From Longimicrobiales bacterium (lineage in GTDB: Bacteria > Gemmatimonadota > Gemmatimonadetes > Longimicrobiales > Gaopeijiaceae), in NCBI GenBank assembly GCA_032250675.1, contig JAVVEY010000002.1, positions 3,650 through 67,649 on the forward strand: 64,000 bases of DNA, read 5' to 3'. Every line of letters starts with the position of its first letter. Positions within the stretch are counted from its first letter, which is position 1. Below are positions 39,512-49,014 of the stretch, one piece after another. The notes beneath the pieces were generated by a model. It saw nothing but the letters and a program-made list of their open reading frames with translations, was not told the DNA's origin and searched no databases. A program made the translations under genes and the position numbers.

Positions 39512-40424
39512 ACGCGCGATCGACACCGAACTCCGTCGTACCTGGCGCCTCGAGCTCTTCCTCGATCACCTCGCGGTGGAACGGGGGCTCTCGGAGCGTA
39601 CGCTCGACGCATATCGAGGCGATGTGGCGCGCCTCGTACGCTTCGCCGTACGGGAAGGTGTCGACGACCCCCGCCACCTCGACGCGGGCGATCTGCGTGC
39701 CTTCACCTTCGGCTTGAAGGACGAGGGACTCGCGGCGACCTCGATCCGGCGCGTGCAGTCGGGGGTGCGCACCTACTTCACCTTCCTCCTCGACGAGGGG
39801 GTCATCGAGGTCGACCCCACCGAACGGATGGAGTCCCCGCGCACGGCGCGGCGGCTTCCCGAGGTGCTCTCACCCGATGAGGTGGAGGGGATGATCGAGG
39901 CGCTCGACGAGTCGAAGGCGACGTGGTCGCGTGATCGCGCGGTTCTCGAGGTCCTCTACGGCGCGGGTCTGCGCGTGAGCGAACTCACCGAACTGCCCGT
40001 CCGCGCCGTCGACCTGGAGGAGGGGATGCTCCTCGTCTTCGGGAAGGGCGCGAAGGAGCGTCTCGTGCCGCTCGGTGGCGCGGCGCGGCGCGCGCTGGAG
40101 GTCTACCTCCGTCAGCTCCGTCCCGAACTCGCCCGGGGGGCGGCGGGAGGACGCGTCTTCCTCAATGCACGGGGGAAACCGCTGAGCCGCATGACGGTGT
40201 GGACGATCGTGCGTGACGCCGCCGACCGCGCGGGGGTATCCGGGCGGATCTCGCCCCACACCCTGCGTCACTCCTTCGCCACGCACCTCCTCGAGGGGGG
40301 CGCCGATCTCACCGTCGTGCAGGAACTCCTCGGGCACGCCGATATCTCCACCACGCAGATCTACACCCACATCGATCGCGAATACCTGCGCGAGGTCCAC
40401 CGCACCTTCCACCCCCGGAGCTGA
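39504..40424 (+). CDS. xerD: tyrosine recombinase XerD/XerC
   Basis: N-terminal SAM-like FLDHLAVERGLSERTLDAYRGD. Catalytic region HTLRHSFATHLLEGGADLTVVQELLGHADISTTQIYTH. GTG start overlapping dedA by 8 nt. Confidence 0.88.
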   Translation: MGERAIDTELRRTWRLELFLDHLAVERGLSERTLDAYRGDVARLVRFAVREGVDDPRHLDAGDLRAFTFGLKDEGLAATSIRRVQSGVRTYFTFLLDEGVIEVDPTERMESPRTARRLPEVLSPDEVEGMIEALDESKATWSRDRAVLEVLYGAGLRVSELTELPVRAVDLEEGMLLVFGKGAKERLVPLGGAARRALEVYLRQLRPELARGAAGGRVFLNARGKPLSRMTVWTIVRDAADRAGVSGRISPHTLRHSFATHLLEGGADLTVVQELLGHADISTTQIYTHIDREYLREVHRTFHPRS

Positions 40425-40437
40425 GGAGAGCCGGGGG
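40412..40437. terminator. hairpin cccccgg-N12-ccggggg spanning the xerD stop, between convergent genes
   Basis: Perfect 7-bp stem. The loop contains the xerD TGA. Lies between xerD (+) and ctp (-). No U-tract. Confidence 0.3.
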
Positions 40438-40463
40438 CGTACACCGCTCGGTCGGTGCGGCGA

Positions 40464-42116
40464 TCAGTGGGTGCCGGAGATGTCCGCGTGGCGCTCGCGC
40501 TCGGCCTGCTCGAGCGCTGCGGCAGCGAAGAGTTCCGGCTGCGTGGCGCTCTCGCGGAGGAGCGCGACGGCCTCGGAGAGCGCAGGATCACGGCGCATCC
40601 GTGCCTCGGTGGCCGGACCGAGCCCTCCCATCGCGTCGGAGAGCCGGTCGAGCATCGAGATCCGTGCCTGCCACCGCAGGTAGCTCTCGACCTCCGGCTC
40701 GGCGAGGAGGAGCGGATCGGCGCCGCCATCGCGCAGCGTGCCGAGGAATGCCCTGAAGTCGTCCTCCCGGATCTGCGGATCCTCAGGAGCGTGCATGTAC
40801 GGCTGCGCCTGTTCGAAGCCGAACTCGGCGAGCCGCAATCCGATCGGGATCTGCTTTTCCGCCGCGTCACGGAGGAAGCGCTGCTCGAGCGTGGTCAGGG
40901 TGTCGTTGGCGATCGGGAGGTCGGGGAAGATCCCCCCACCCGCGACGAGCTCGCGACCCGAAGCCGTCGTCACCGTCGGGAAGGTGTCGACATCTTCAGC
41001 GAGGGGACGACCCTGACGGTCGCGGGGACGATGGAGTGAGCGCCCGAGCGGGGTGTGCCATGTGCCGTTCGTGATCTGCATCCGGCGGCCGTGGGGGAGA
41101 TCGAGGACGATCTGGACCAGACCCTTGCCGAAGCTCCGCTGACCGAGCACGAGGGCGCGGTCGTAGTCCTGGAGCGCGCCGGCCAGGACCTCGGAGGCCG
41201 AGGCGGAGAACTCGTCGACGAGGACGACCATCGGCACCGAGGGAAGGCGCGCCGGCGCCCGGGCGAAGGTCGGCTCCTCCTCGATGCGGTAGGGCTCCCC
41301 GCGCGCGCGGCTCCGCGTGCTCACGAGCGTCTTGCCGGGGGGGATGAAGAGGTCCGCCATCTGGAGTGCTTCGTCGAGGAATCCGCCGGGGTTTCGTCGC
41401 AGATCGAAGACGATCCCCGCGGCGTCGGCGTTCGCGCCGAGGATCGAGTCGAGCTCGGTCGAAGCGTTGCGGGCGAAGCGATCCATCGTGATGTAGAGGA
41501 TGTCGTCCGCGATCAAATCGGCGTGCACGAGCTTCATGTGCACCTCCGCCCGCGTGATCGGGAAGTAGATGGTGTCGTCGTAGCCCTCGCGCTCGACGCC
41601 GACGGTCACGAGGGTACCGACGGGGCCACGGATCATGCCCGAGACGTCGGAGGTCGTGGCTTCCCGCGTGTCGACCCCATCCACCTCCACGATCACATCC
41701 CCCTCGATCATCCCCACCTGGTCGGCAGGGAAGCCCCGATTCACCGCGGTGACGGTGACGAGGTCGTTGAGTTGCGAGATCGTGACGCCGATCCCCGCGT
41801 AGTTGCCGGTGTTGTCCTCATTCTGCTGCGCGACCTCTTCGGGAGTGAAGACGGCGGCGTACGGGTCGTTGAGTGCCTCGAGCATCCCCTCGATCGCGGC
41901 GTCCCAGAGGAGGGTGTCGGCGAACTCATTCTGATGGAATTGACCGATCGCGCGGAGTGTCTGCACGAAGATGTCGGCACGGACCTGTGCGTCGGAGGTC
42001 TCCATCGATCCGCGTTGTGCGGTCGCCGCCGAGGGATTGGCGAGGGCGATACCCAGGAGGGCCGCCGCGAGTGCGACGGTGCGGGCGAGGTAGGGCGCAG
42101 CGTGCGAGAGACGCAT
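40464..42116 (-). CDS. ctp: S41-family C-terminal processing (tail-specific) peptidase
   Basis: Start moved to the Met at 42116 (MRLSHAAPYLARTVALAAALLGIALA signal). PDZ region (GMIEGDVIVEVDG). Catalytic block VVLVDEFSASASEVLAGALQDYDRALVLGQRSFGKGLVQ. Confidence 0.9.
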   Translation of the reverse strand: MRLSHAAPYLARTVALAAALLGIALANPSAATAQRGSMETSDAQVRADIFVQTLRAIGQFHQNEFADTLLWDAAIEGMLEALNDPYAAVFTPEEVAQQNEDNTGNYAGIGVTISQLNDLVTVTAVNRGFPADQVGMIEGDVIVEVDGVDTREATTSDVSGMIRGPVGTLVTVGVEREGYDDTIYFPITRAEVHMKLVHADLIADDILYITMDRFARNASTELDSILGANADAAGIVFDLRRNPGGFLDEALQMADLFIPPGKTLVSTRSRARGEPYRIEEEPTFARAPARLPSVPMVVLVDEFSASASEVLAGALQDYDRALVLGQRSFGKGLVQIVLDLPHGRRMQITNGTWHTPLGRSLHRPRDRQGRPLAEDVDTFPTVTTASGRELVAGGGIFPDLPIANDTLTTLEQRFLRDAAEKQIPIGLRLAEFGFEQAQPYMHAPEDPQIREDDFRAFLGTLRDGGADPLLLAEPEVESYLRWQARISMLDRLSDAMGGLGPATEARMRRDPALSEAVALLRESATQPELFAAAALEQAERERHADISGTH

Positions 42117-42138
42117 GGATATTCCTGATGGATGCGAG

Positions 42139-42166
42139 AGTATACCAACCCTGAAACCCGCTTCAG
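42139..42166 (-). promoter_or_regulatory. candidate extended -10 promoter for ctp (CTGAAG-N16-TGgTATACT)
   Basis: On the minus strand, TATACT (42144-42139) is preceded by TGg, with the -35-like CTGAAG at 42166-42161. It lies about 23 nt upstream of the ctp ATG. It overlaps the hairpin cctgaa-N6-ttcagg (42150-42167). Confidence 0.35.
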
Positions 42167-42275
42167 GCGGATCGCGTTCCTGCGGGATCACGGAGAGATC
42201 GTTCGTCTGTCGCCGTGACGTTACCTTGCAGACCCGTGTGCTCGCCACCCCCACGGACGGCTCCGAAGACCCGCC

Positions 42276-44102
42276 ATGACGCGTCCCGATCCCCACGCCC
42301 CCCTGCGCCTCGCGCTCGCACAGTTTCATCCCGCGAAGGCGCGAGTCGATGAGAACCTCGGCCGAATCCGTGAGATCGTCGCGGACCACGCCGGCGAGTC
42401 CGACCTCCTCGTCTTCCCCGAGGCGAGCCTCTCGGGGTACTTCCTCCAGGGCGGGGTGAGCGAACTCGCCCGCACGACCGCGTGGGTCGCGGATCGCCTC
42501 GGTCCCCCCCCCGAGGGCGCCCCGGATCTCGTGCTCGGCTTCTTCGAAGCGTGGCGGCAGCGTGTGTACAACGCCGCCGTGCTCTTCACCCCGCATGCGG
42601 ACACCTGGGCCGTGGCGCACGTGCATCGCAAACTCTTCCTTCCGACCTATGGCGTCTTCGACGAGGAGCGCTTCGTGGAGGCGGGCACCGAGGTGCGTCC
42701 CGTGGAGACACGACATGGGCGGATCGGTCTGCTCGTCTGTGAAGATGCGTGGCATGGGCTCACCTCGACGATTCTCGCGCTGCACGGCGCCGAACTGATC
42801 GTCATCCCGAGCGCCTCGCCGGCGCGGGACTTCCGCCCCGACGAGACCTCACGTCCACGCAATCTGGTGCGTTGGGAACGTGTGGGTCGCTCGATCGCCG
42901 AGGAGCACGGCGTCTTCGTGGGGATCGCGCAGCTCGTGGGCTCGGAAGGAGGCAAGGTGTTCGTCGGCGGGTCGCAGCTCTTCGGACCCGATGGGGAATG
43001 CCTCGCCGACGCCGGCCTGCACGACGAGCGCGTCGTGTCGGTTCGGCTTCCCGGAGGCGCGATCGCGCGCGCGCGTGCGGAGACGCCCCTCCTCGCCGAC
43101 CTCGAACACGCCCTCCCGCATCTCTGGCGCGCCCTCGGTTCACCCCCGCAGGAGGCGGACGGTGTGTGGGGGGGCGCACGGCGGGAAGCGCCGTACGGCG
43201 CGGTTCCACCGGCGCCGACGGGACTTCGCGGCGCCGCGGCGGGGAGCGGCCCGATCGCGGGCCCCGATCCCGACACCCCGGTCGAGACGCTCCTCGCCCT
43301 CGACCTCGAACTCGTCGAGACCACCCTCGTACGCTTCCTCCGCGACGAGGTGGTCGGGCGTCGCGGATTCGAGGGCGTCGTCATCGGCGTCTCGGGCGGG
43401 GTGGATTCGGCCGTCACACTCGCCCTCGCATGCCGCGCGCTCGGACCCGAGCAGGTGCACGGCTTCCGGCTCCCCTACCGCACCTCGAGCCCCGAGAGCC
43501 TCGCGCATGCCGCGGCGATCCTCGAGCAGACGGGCGCCCACGAGCGCACGATCGAGATCTCGGAGGCGGTCGACGGCTACACCGAGGTGCACGAGCCCGA
43601 CGCCTCCCCCCTCCGGAGAGGCAATGTCATGGCGCGCATGCGGTCGATCGTCCTCTTCGACCAGTCGGCCCGGCTCGGGGCGCTCCCGCTCGGCACCGGC
43701 AACAAGAGCGAACGGTTGCTCGGCTACTACACCTGGCACGCCGACGACTCGCCGCCGATCAACCCCCTCGGAGATCTCTTCAAGACGCAGGTGTGGGCGC
43801 TCGCACGGCACCTCGGCGTGCCCCCCGAGATCGTCGACAAGCCGGCCACCGCGGACCTCGTCGAAGGGGTCACCGACGAGACCGAGATCGGGGTGAGCTA
43901 CCGCGAAGCCGATCCGATCCTCTACTGGCTCACGCGCGGATGGCTACCCGGCGAGCTCGTCGAGGCCGGATTCGATGCGACGGCGGTGGAGCTCGTGGCC
44001 CGTCGCCTCGACGGAACGCACTGGAAGCGCGAACGCCCGACGGTCGCGCTCCTCTCCTCGACCGCGATCGGGGAGTCGTACCTGCGTCCCGTCGACTACT
44101 GA
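42276..44102 (+). CDS. nadE: glutamine-dependent NAD+ synthetase
   Basis: N-terminal CN-hydrolase domain (FPEASLSGY, LVCEDAWH) fused to an NAD synthetase domain (GVSGGVDSAV PP-loop, GTGNKSE). Confidence 0.93.
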   Translation: MTRPDPHAPLRLALAQFHPAKARVDENLGRIREIVADHAGESDLLVFPEASLSGYFLQGGVSELARTTAWVADRLGPPPEGAPDLVLGFFEAWRQRVYNAAVLFTPHADTWAVAHVHRKLFLPTYGVFDEERFVEAGTEVRPVETRHGRIGLLVCEDAWHGLTSTILALHGAELIVIPSASPARDFRPDETSRPRNLVRWERVGRSIAEEHGVFVGIAQLVGSEGGKVFVGGSQLFGPDGECLADAGLHDERVVSVRLPGGAIARARAETPLLADLEHALPHLWRALGSPPQEADGVWGGARREAPYGAVPPAPTGLRGAAAGSGPIAGPDPDTPVETLLALDLELVETTLVRFLRDEVVGRRGFEGVVIGVSGGVDSAVTLALACRALGPEQVHGFRLPYRTSSPESLAHAAAILEQTGAHERTIEISEAVDGYTEVHEPDASPLRRGNVMARMRSIVLFDQSARLGALPLGTGNKSERLLGYYTWHADDSPPINPLGDLFKTQVWALARHLGVPPEIVDKPATADLVEGVTDETEIGVSYREADPILYWLTRGWLPGELVEAGFDATAVELVARRLDGTHWKRERPTVALLSSTAIGESYLRPVDY

Positions 44103-44130
44103 CGCGCGACGCCCGCGCGCCGTGGCGCGT

Positions 44131-44156
44131 GAGCCCTCACTCCGAGCCCTCACTCC
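44131..44156. repeat. perfect 13-bp tandem duplication (gagccctcactcc x2) spanning the stop codon of the minus-strand gene
   Basis: Read directly from the sequence at 44131-44143 and 44144-44156. The in-frame TGA (complement of 44137-44139) lies in the 3'-proximal copy on the coding strand. Confidence 0.9.
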
Positions 44157-45186
44157 GCGAATCCCCGCTCCGGGTGGCGCGGAGGGTGCGGAAGAGGGGG
44201 AAGGGGGTGAGCTCGCCGTCGATGATCTCGGCGAGTGCCTCCTCGCGACGCCACACCGCCTCGAGTTCACGCACTTCGAGTTCGAGGAGGCGCTGCTCGC
44301 GCGCCTCGTTCGCCGCGATCTCGAGTGCGATGGCGCCGGTCCGCTGGAGGTCGCCGAGACGCCGGCCCTCGCGCACGAGAATGCGCGTGAGGGCGGCAGG
44401 GGATCCCGCCTCCTCGATGAGTCGGGTGGCGGCGTGGACGCGGCGCTCGGAGGCGCCCGAGTAGTGCTCCCATGCGAGGGCGCGCTGGAGCGTGCGCTGC
44501 GCTTCGCCGCCCTCGATGCGGAGTCCGCCCTCGTCGCCCCACGCCCGGCAGTCGGGGCACCGCAGCCCGATCACGGGGGCGTCCGACTCCGCTCCGGGGA
44601 GCACGAGGAGCTCGGCGCGATCGCGGAATGGAACCGCGTCGAAGGCCCGCCCGCAGCGGGCACAGGTGGCGTGGCCCCGCCACGCTGTCGAACCGAAGCG
44701 GATCCATCGCCCCGCCTCCTGGAGTCCGTCCGGGGCGCGCTGCCAGAGAAACCATCCACCGAGGAGGGCGAGTCCCCCCGAGGCCGCCCCACTCGCGACG
44801 AGCCCCGCCGTGGCGATGCCCGTCGCCACCGTGACCTTCTTCGCGTGCCTGCGCCTCCGGGTCAGCTCACGCCCGTAGCGCCACCACGCCTCTTCGCGGC
44901 GTCCAGCGCTCCCGACGCGCACGACTTCGAGGCTACCGACACGGAGGAGCGCGATATTGTCCGTCTCCGAGAGGAGTCGCCCGCGGTCGTGCGCCGCCCG
45001 CTCGAGTTCCTCGAGCGCTTCCCATCGATCCTCGAGGGGAACCAGCGTCCAGCGGCGGCACGAGGTGCAGACGACCCAGAGGCGTCCCTTCCCGGGATCG
45101 AAGGCGATACGCTCTCCCCTCGAGAGGTGTTCGAGCTCCTCATTGTCCGCGAAGTCGTGGGCGCAGACGAGACACCTTCGAATCAT
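44137..45186 (-). CDS. hypothetical membrane-associated protein with two CxxC...CxxCRxW zinc-ribbon-like modules
   Basis: Start placed at the Met at 45186 (MIRRCLVCAH...). Modules are CLVC-x31-CTSCRRW and CARC-x38-CPDCRAW. A central hydrophobic segment VTVATGIATAGLVASGAASGGLALLGGWFLW. I recognise no family. Confidence 0.6.
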   Translation of the reverse strand: MIRRCLVCAHDFADNEELEHLSRGERIAFDPGKGRLWVVCTSCRRWTLVPLEDRWEALEELERAAHDRGRLLSETDNIALLRVGSLEVVRVGSAGRREEAWWRYGRELTRRRRHAKKVTVATGIATAGLVASGAASGGLALLGGWFLWQRAPDGLQEAGRWIRFGSTAWRGHATCARCGRAFDAVPFRDRAELLVLPGAESDAPVIGLRCPDCRAWGDEGGLRIEGGEAQRTLQRALAWEHYSGASERRVHAATRLIEEAGSPAALTRILVREGRRLGDLQRTGAIALEIAANEAREQRLLELEVRELEAVWRREEALAEIIDGELTPFPLFRTLRATRSGDSRSEGSE

Positions 45187-45314
45187 CGGTCCGGGGGAGG
45201 GGGGGGCGAGCGTCGCTTCAGCGGATTCATCCCTCAACGTACATTTTCCGGCACGGCCTGACGACACCGCACCCACCACACGGTCCGCCCCGCGAGGGGC
45301 TGCCGCCGTCCTCG

Positions 45315-45902
45315 ATGCTCCTCATCCTCGACAACTACGACTCCTTCACCTTCAATCTCGTCCAGTACCTCGGCGAGCTCGGAGGAGACCCCGTCGTGCT
45401 GCGCAACGACGCCTGCGGGATCGAGGAGGTCGTGACGATGGCGCCCGAACGGATCGTGATCTCGCCGGGACCGGGGACCCCGGCAGACGCGGGGATCGCG
45501 GTCGAGCTCGTGCGACGCCTCGGGGCGACGACGCCGATCCTCGGCGTCTGCCTCGGCCACCAGGCGATCGGCGAAGCGTACGGGGGCCGCACGATCCGTG
45601 CGCGCCGCACGATGCACGGCAAGACCTCTCCGATCCGTCATGCGGGGCGAGGCCTCTTCGAGGGACTTCCCACCCCACTGACCGTCGCGCGCTACCACTC
45701 CCTCGTGACCGATCCCGCGGCACTCCCCGCCGTACTCGAGTCGGTGGCCTGGTCCGAGGATCCCGAAGAGGGCGAAGAGGTGCATGCGATGCGGCACCGT
45801 GAGCATCCCGTCTGGGGCGTGCAGTTTCATCCCGAGTCGCTCTTCTCCGAGGGAGGACACCGCCTCCTCGCGAACTTCCTCGCCCTCCGCGGAGCGGCGT
45901 GA
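45315..45902 (+). CDS. trpG: anthranilate / aminodeoxychorismate synthase glutamine amidotransferase component
   Basis: MLLILDNYDSFTFNLVQYL, GVCLGHQAI (catalytic Cys), VQFHPES. Confidence 0.92.
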   Translation: MLLILDNYDSFTFNLVQYLGELGGDPVVLRNDACGIEEVVTMAPERIVISPGPGTPADAGIAVELVRRLGATTPILGVCLGHQAIGEAYGGRTIRARRTMHGKTSPIRHAGRGLFEGLPTPLTVARYHSLVTDPAALPAVLESVAWSEDPEEGEEVHAMRHREHPVWGVQFHPESLFSEGGHRLLANFLALRGAA

Positions 45903-45995
45903 GGGAACTGCCGCCGCCGCACGAATCCCCTACCTTCCTCTCCCGACGTCTCCCCGAGGGGGACACCCCTCCGTCACTCCCGGCTCCTCCGACGC

Positions 45996-46919
45996 ATGAT
46001 CCGAATCACCTTTCTCGGCACCGCGGCCGCTCGTCCCACCCCGGGACGCAATGTGACGGGGATCGCCGTCCAGCGGGACGGAGAGCTGTTTCTCTTCGAC
46101 TGCGGTGAGGGGACGCAGCGGCAGATGATGCGGTACCAGACCGGGTTCAATGTGGACCAGATCTTCATCACCCACATCCACGCCGACCACATCCTCGGGA
46201 TCCCGGGGCTGGTGCGTACGATGGGGCTGCAGGGGCGGACCGACCGGCTGACCCTCTACGGCCCCGCCGGGAGCCGCCGGGTGCTCATCGATGCGGTGCA
46301 CCTCGGGGTGGAGCGGCTCCCCTTCGAGATCGAGGTGCGTGAGGTCGGGGAGGGGGATTCGATCGACTTCGAGGGGTGGCGGATCGATGTCTTCGCGGTG
46401 GTGCACAAACACGGCGCGATCGGCTTTCGGCTTCGCGAGGACGAGCGGCTCGGACGTTTCGATGTGAACCGGGCGCGTGCCCTCGGGATCCCCGAGGGAC
46501 CGATCTACGGCCGGCTTCACCGGGGCGAGACGGTCGAGATCGACGGCCGGCGGATCGATCCGGCCGATCTCGTCGGTCCCACCCGCCCGGGGAGGCATGT
46601 GGTCTACACCGGCGACACGCGGCCGTGCGCCCGCGTCGTCGAGATCGCGCGGCACGCCGACCTCCTCATCCACGAGGCGACCTTCGTCGAGGAGGAGCGC
46701 GATCGCGCGATCGAGACGCTCCACTCGACCGCCGCCGAGGCGGCGCGGGTGGCGGTCGAGGCGGAGGTCCGGCGTCTGGTGCTCACGCACATCTCGGCGC
46801 GGCACACCGACACCTTCGACCGCCTGCGCGAGGAAGCGGCGGAGATCTTCCCGGGCGCGCGTGTCGCGCACGACGGGATGGTGATCGAGGTGCCCTTCCC
46901 GGACGAGGAGACGGCGTGA
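45996..46919 (+). CDS. rnz: ribonuclease Z
   Basis: Metallo-beta-lactamase motif ITHIHADHILG. FLGTAAARPTPGRNVTGIAV N-terminus. About 307 aa. Confidence 0.9.
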   Translation: MIRITFLGTAAARPTPGRNVTGIAVQRDGELFLFDCGEGTQRQMMRYQTGFNVDQIFITHIHADHILGIPGLVRTMGLQGRTDRLTLYGPAGSRRVLIDAVHLGVERLPFEIEVREVGEGDSIDFEGWRIDVFAVVHKHGAIGFRLREDERLGRFDVNRARALGIPEGPIYGRLHRGETVEIDGRRIDPADLVGPTRPGRHVVYTGDTRPCARVVEIARHADLLIHEATFVEEERDRAIETLHSTAAEAARVAVEAEVRRLVLTHISARHTDTFDRLREEAAEIFPGARVAHDGMVIEVPFPDEETA

Positions 46920-47737
46920 AGATCACGGTCCTCGGCCTCGGCGTGATGGGCGGTTCGATCGCGCGCAGCCTCGCGGCCGCGCCGGACGACGAGGTGACCG
47001 GGTGGAGCCCCGATCCCGAGGAGCGTGACGCGGCCGTGCGGGTCGGGATCCCGACCGAGACGACCCCGGTGGCCGCCGTGGCCGACGCCCACCTCGTCGT
47101 CTTCGCGATCCCCCTCGGCGCGATCCGCGCGCGCGCCTCCGAGGTGGCCGAAGCGCTCCGGGCCGACGCACTCGTGACCGATCTGGCGAGTCTCCAGAGC
47201 CCCGTGCTGAAGTGGGCGGAGGAGGTGGGCCTCGCCGAGCGGTGGATCACCGCGCACCCACTCACCGGGTCGGAGCGCGTGGGGTTCGAGGCCTCGCGCC
47301 AGGGGCTCTATACCGACGCGCGGGTCTATCTCTCCGCGTCGGAGGTCGCCCCGAAGCGCGCGCGGGAGGAGGTGCGCGACGCGTGGCGCCGCGCCGGGGC
47401 AACCCCGGAGTGGATCGACCCGGCCGAGCACGACCGGCGCATGGCGCGGGTGAGTCACCTCCCCCAGGTGGTCGCGACGGCGCTCGGCGACGCCCTGGCG
47501 CACCTCGGCATCCACCCGGACGAGCTGGGCCCCGGGGGACGCGATACCACGCGCCTCGCGGCGAGTTCGCCCGCGATGTGGGGCGACCTCTTCGCGCACG
47601 CCGATCCCGGTCTGGGGGACGCGCTGCGTGAGGTCGCGCGTCGCCTCGAGGCCGATGCCGACGCCCTCGAGCGGGGCGAGGTGGCCTCGCTCGTCGAGCG
47701 GCTGGAGCGGACGGGGGCGTGGAGGCGGTCGAGATGA
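46916..47737 (+). CDS. tyrA: prephenate dehydrogenase
   Basis: GTG start in a GTGA overlap with rnz. Rossmann motif VLGLGVMGGSIA. AHPLTGSE, and SHLPQVVA. Confidence 0.85.
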   Translation: MKITVLGLGVMGGSIARSLAAAPDDEVTGWSPDPEERDAAVRVGIPTETTPVAAVADAHLVVFAIPLGAIRARASEVAEALRADALVTDLASLQSPVLKWAEEVGLAERWITAHPLTGSERVGFEASRQGLYTDARVYLSASEVAPKRAREEVRDAWRRAGATPEWIDPAEHDRRMARVSHLPQVVATALGDALAHLGIHPDELGPGGRDTTRLAASSPAMWGDLFAHADPGLGDALREVARRLEADADALERGEVASLVERLERTGAWRRSR

Positions 47738-49014
47738 GCCCTCGATCGCTGCGCGTACCGGGGGACAAGTCACTCACGCAGCGTGCCTTCATCCTGGCGG
47801 GGCTCGCCGAGGGCGGAAGCCGCCTTCGCGGCGTCCTCTGCGGGGCGGATTCCCGATCGACGGCGGCCGCGGTGCGCGCGCTCGGTGCGGGGGTCCCGGA
47901 GGTGCCGAGCGATGGCGCGGAGATTCGAATCACCGGACGCGGGCTCGGGGGATGGACGAGCCCCGCCGGCCCGCTCGATCTCGGCAACTCGGGAACCGGC
48001 TCGCGGCTCCTCCTGGGCGCCCTCGCGGGGTGCGGGGTGAGCGCGGTCGTCACGGGAGATGCGTCGCTGCGGAGCCGCCCGATGAAGCGGGTCACCGATC
48101 CACTGAGCCGCATGGGCGCCCGCTTCGAATGGATCGAGGCCGAGGGTCGGCTGCCGGTGCGTGTGACGGGGGGAGGCCTCCACTCGGTCGACCTCGATCT
48201 TCCGGTGGCGAGTGCGCAGGTCAAGAGCGCCCTCCTCCTCGCCGGACTCACGGGCGGGGTGCCGGTGCACCTCACCGAGCCGGACGCCTCGCGCGACCAC
48301 ACCGAACGGATGCTCACCGCACTCGGCGTCCGCGTTCTGAGGCACGCCTCGGGCCCGGGAGTCCGTATCGAGCTGCGCGACCCCCCCGCGTCGATCCCGC
48401 CGCTCGATCTGCGGATCCCGGGCGACCCCTCCTCCGCGGCCTTCTTCGTGCTCGCGGCGCTCCTCGGGGTGGCCCGGGAGGTGGAGATCCACGATGTGGG
48501 GCTGAACCCGACACGCACGGGGGGATTCGAGCTCCTCGAGCGGATGGGTGCGCGGGTGGAATTCCGGGTCGAGTCGGAGGAGGGGGGAGAGCCGACGGGG
48601 ACGATCGCGGCCGCGGCGAGCGAGCTCACCGCGATCGAGGTGCGGGGGGACGAGGTGGTGCGGGCGATCGACGAGCTCCCGGTCATCGCGGTGGCTGCGG
48701 CGAGAGCGCACGGCACGACGCGGATCCGCGGGGCGGGGGAGCTCCGGCACAAGGAGACCGATCGGATCCGGGCGCTCGTCGAGAACCTCCGGGCGGTCGG
48801 AGTCGGGTGTGACGAACACCCGGACGGCCTCGACGTGACCGGCACCGATGCCCCCCTCGCCGGACGCGTGGATGCGATGGATGATCACCGGATCGCGATG
48901 GTCTTCGGGGTACTCGCGGCGGAGGAGGGCAATGCGATCGAGATCGCGGGGGGTGCGTGTGTCGACGTGAGCTTCCCCGGCTTCTGGGAGATTCTCGGGG
49001 AGGTGGCGAGGTGA
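47734..49014 (+). CDS. aroA: 3-phosphoshikimate 1-carboxyvinyltransferase (EPSP synthase)
   Basis: PGDKSLTQRA, LGNSGTGSRLL, KETDRI, DDHRIAM. ATGA overlap with tyrA. Confidence 0.94.
   Translation: MSPRSLRVPGDKSLTQRAFILAGLAEGGSRLRGVLCGADSRSTAAAVRALGAGVPEVPSDGAEIRITGRGLGGWTSPAGPLDLGNSGTGSRLLLGALAGCGVSAVVTGDASLRSRPMKRVTDPLSRMGARFEWIEAEGRLPVRVTGGGLHSVDLDLPVASAQVKSALLLAGLTGGVPVHLTEPDASRDHTERMLTALGVRVLRHASGPGVRIELRDPPASIPPLDLRIPGDPSSAAFFVLAALLGVAREVEIHDVGLNPTRTGGFELLERMGARVEFRVESEEGGEPTGTIAAAASELTAIEVRGDEVVRAIDELPVIAVAAARAHGTTRIRGAGELRHKETDRIRALVENLRAVGVGCDEHPDGLDVTGTDAPLAGRVDAMDDHRIAMVFGVLAAEEGNAIEIAGGACVDVSFPGFWEILGEVAR

Noticed and set aside
39504-40424. Tyrosine recombinase as a marker of an integrated mobile element
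   Set aside because: The sequence has the housekeeping XerC/XerD signature (N-terminal SAM-like domain, LGHADISTTQIYTH). It overlaps dedA by 8 nt within a run of core genes, and I noticed no flanking direct repeats, tRNA or phage/IS genes.
42117-42785. 223-codon N-terminal extension of the ctp ORF (ORF track 40464-42785)
   Set aside because: The extension runs antisense through the 5' end of nadE and lacks protein-like sequence. The Met at 42116 is followed by a good signal peptide and preceded by a promoter-like TGgTATACT.
46376-46915. Upstream extension of the tyrA ORF (ORF track start 46376)
   Set aside because: It overlaps rnz in another frame. The Rossmann fold VLGLGVMGGS begins right after the GTG at 46916.
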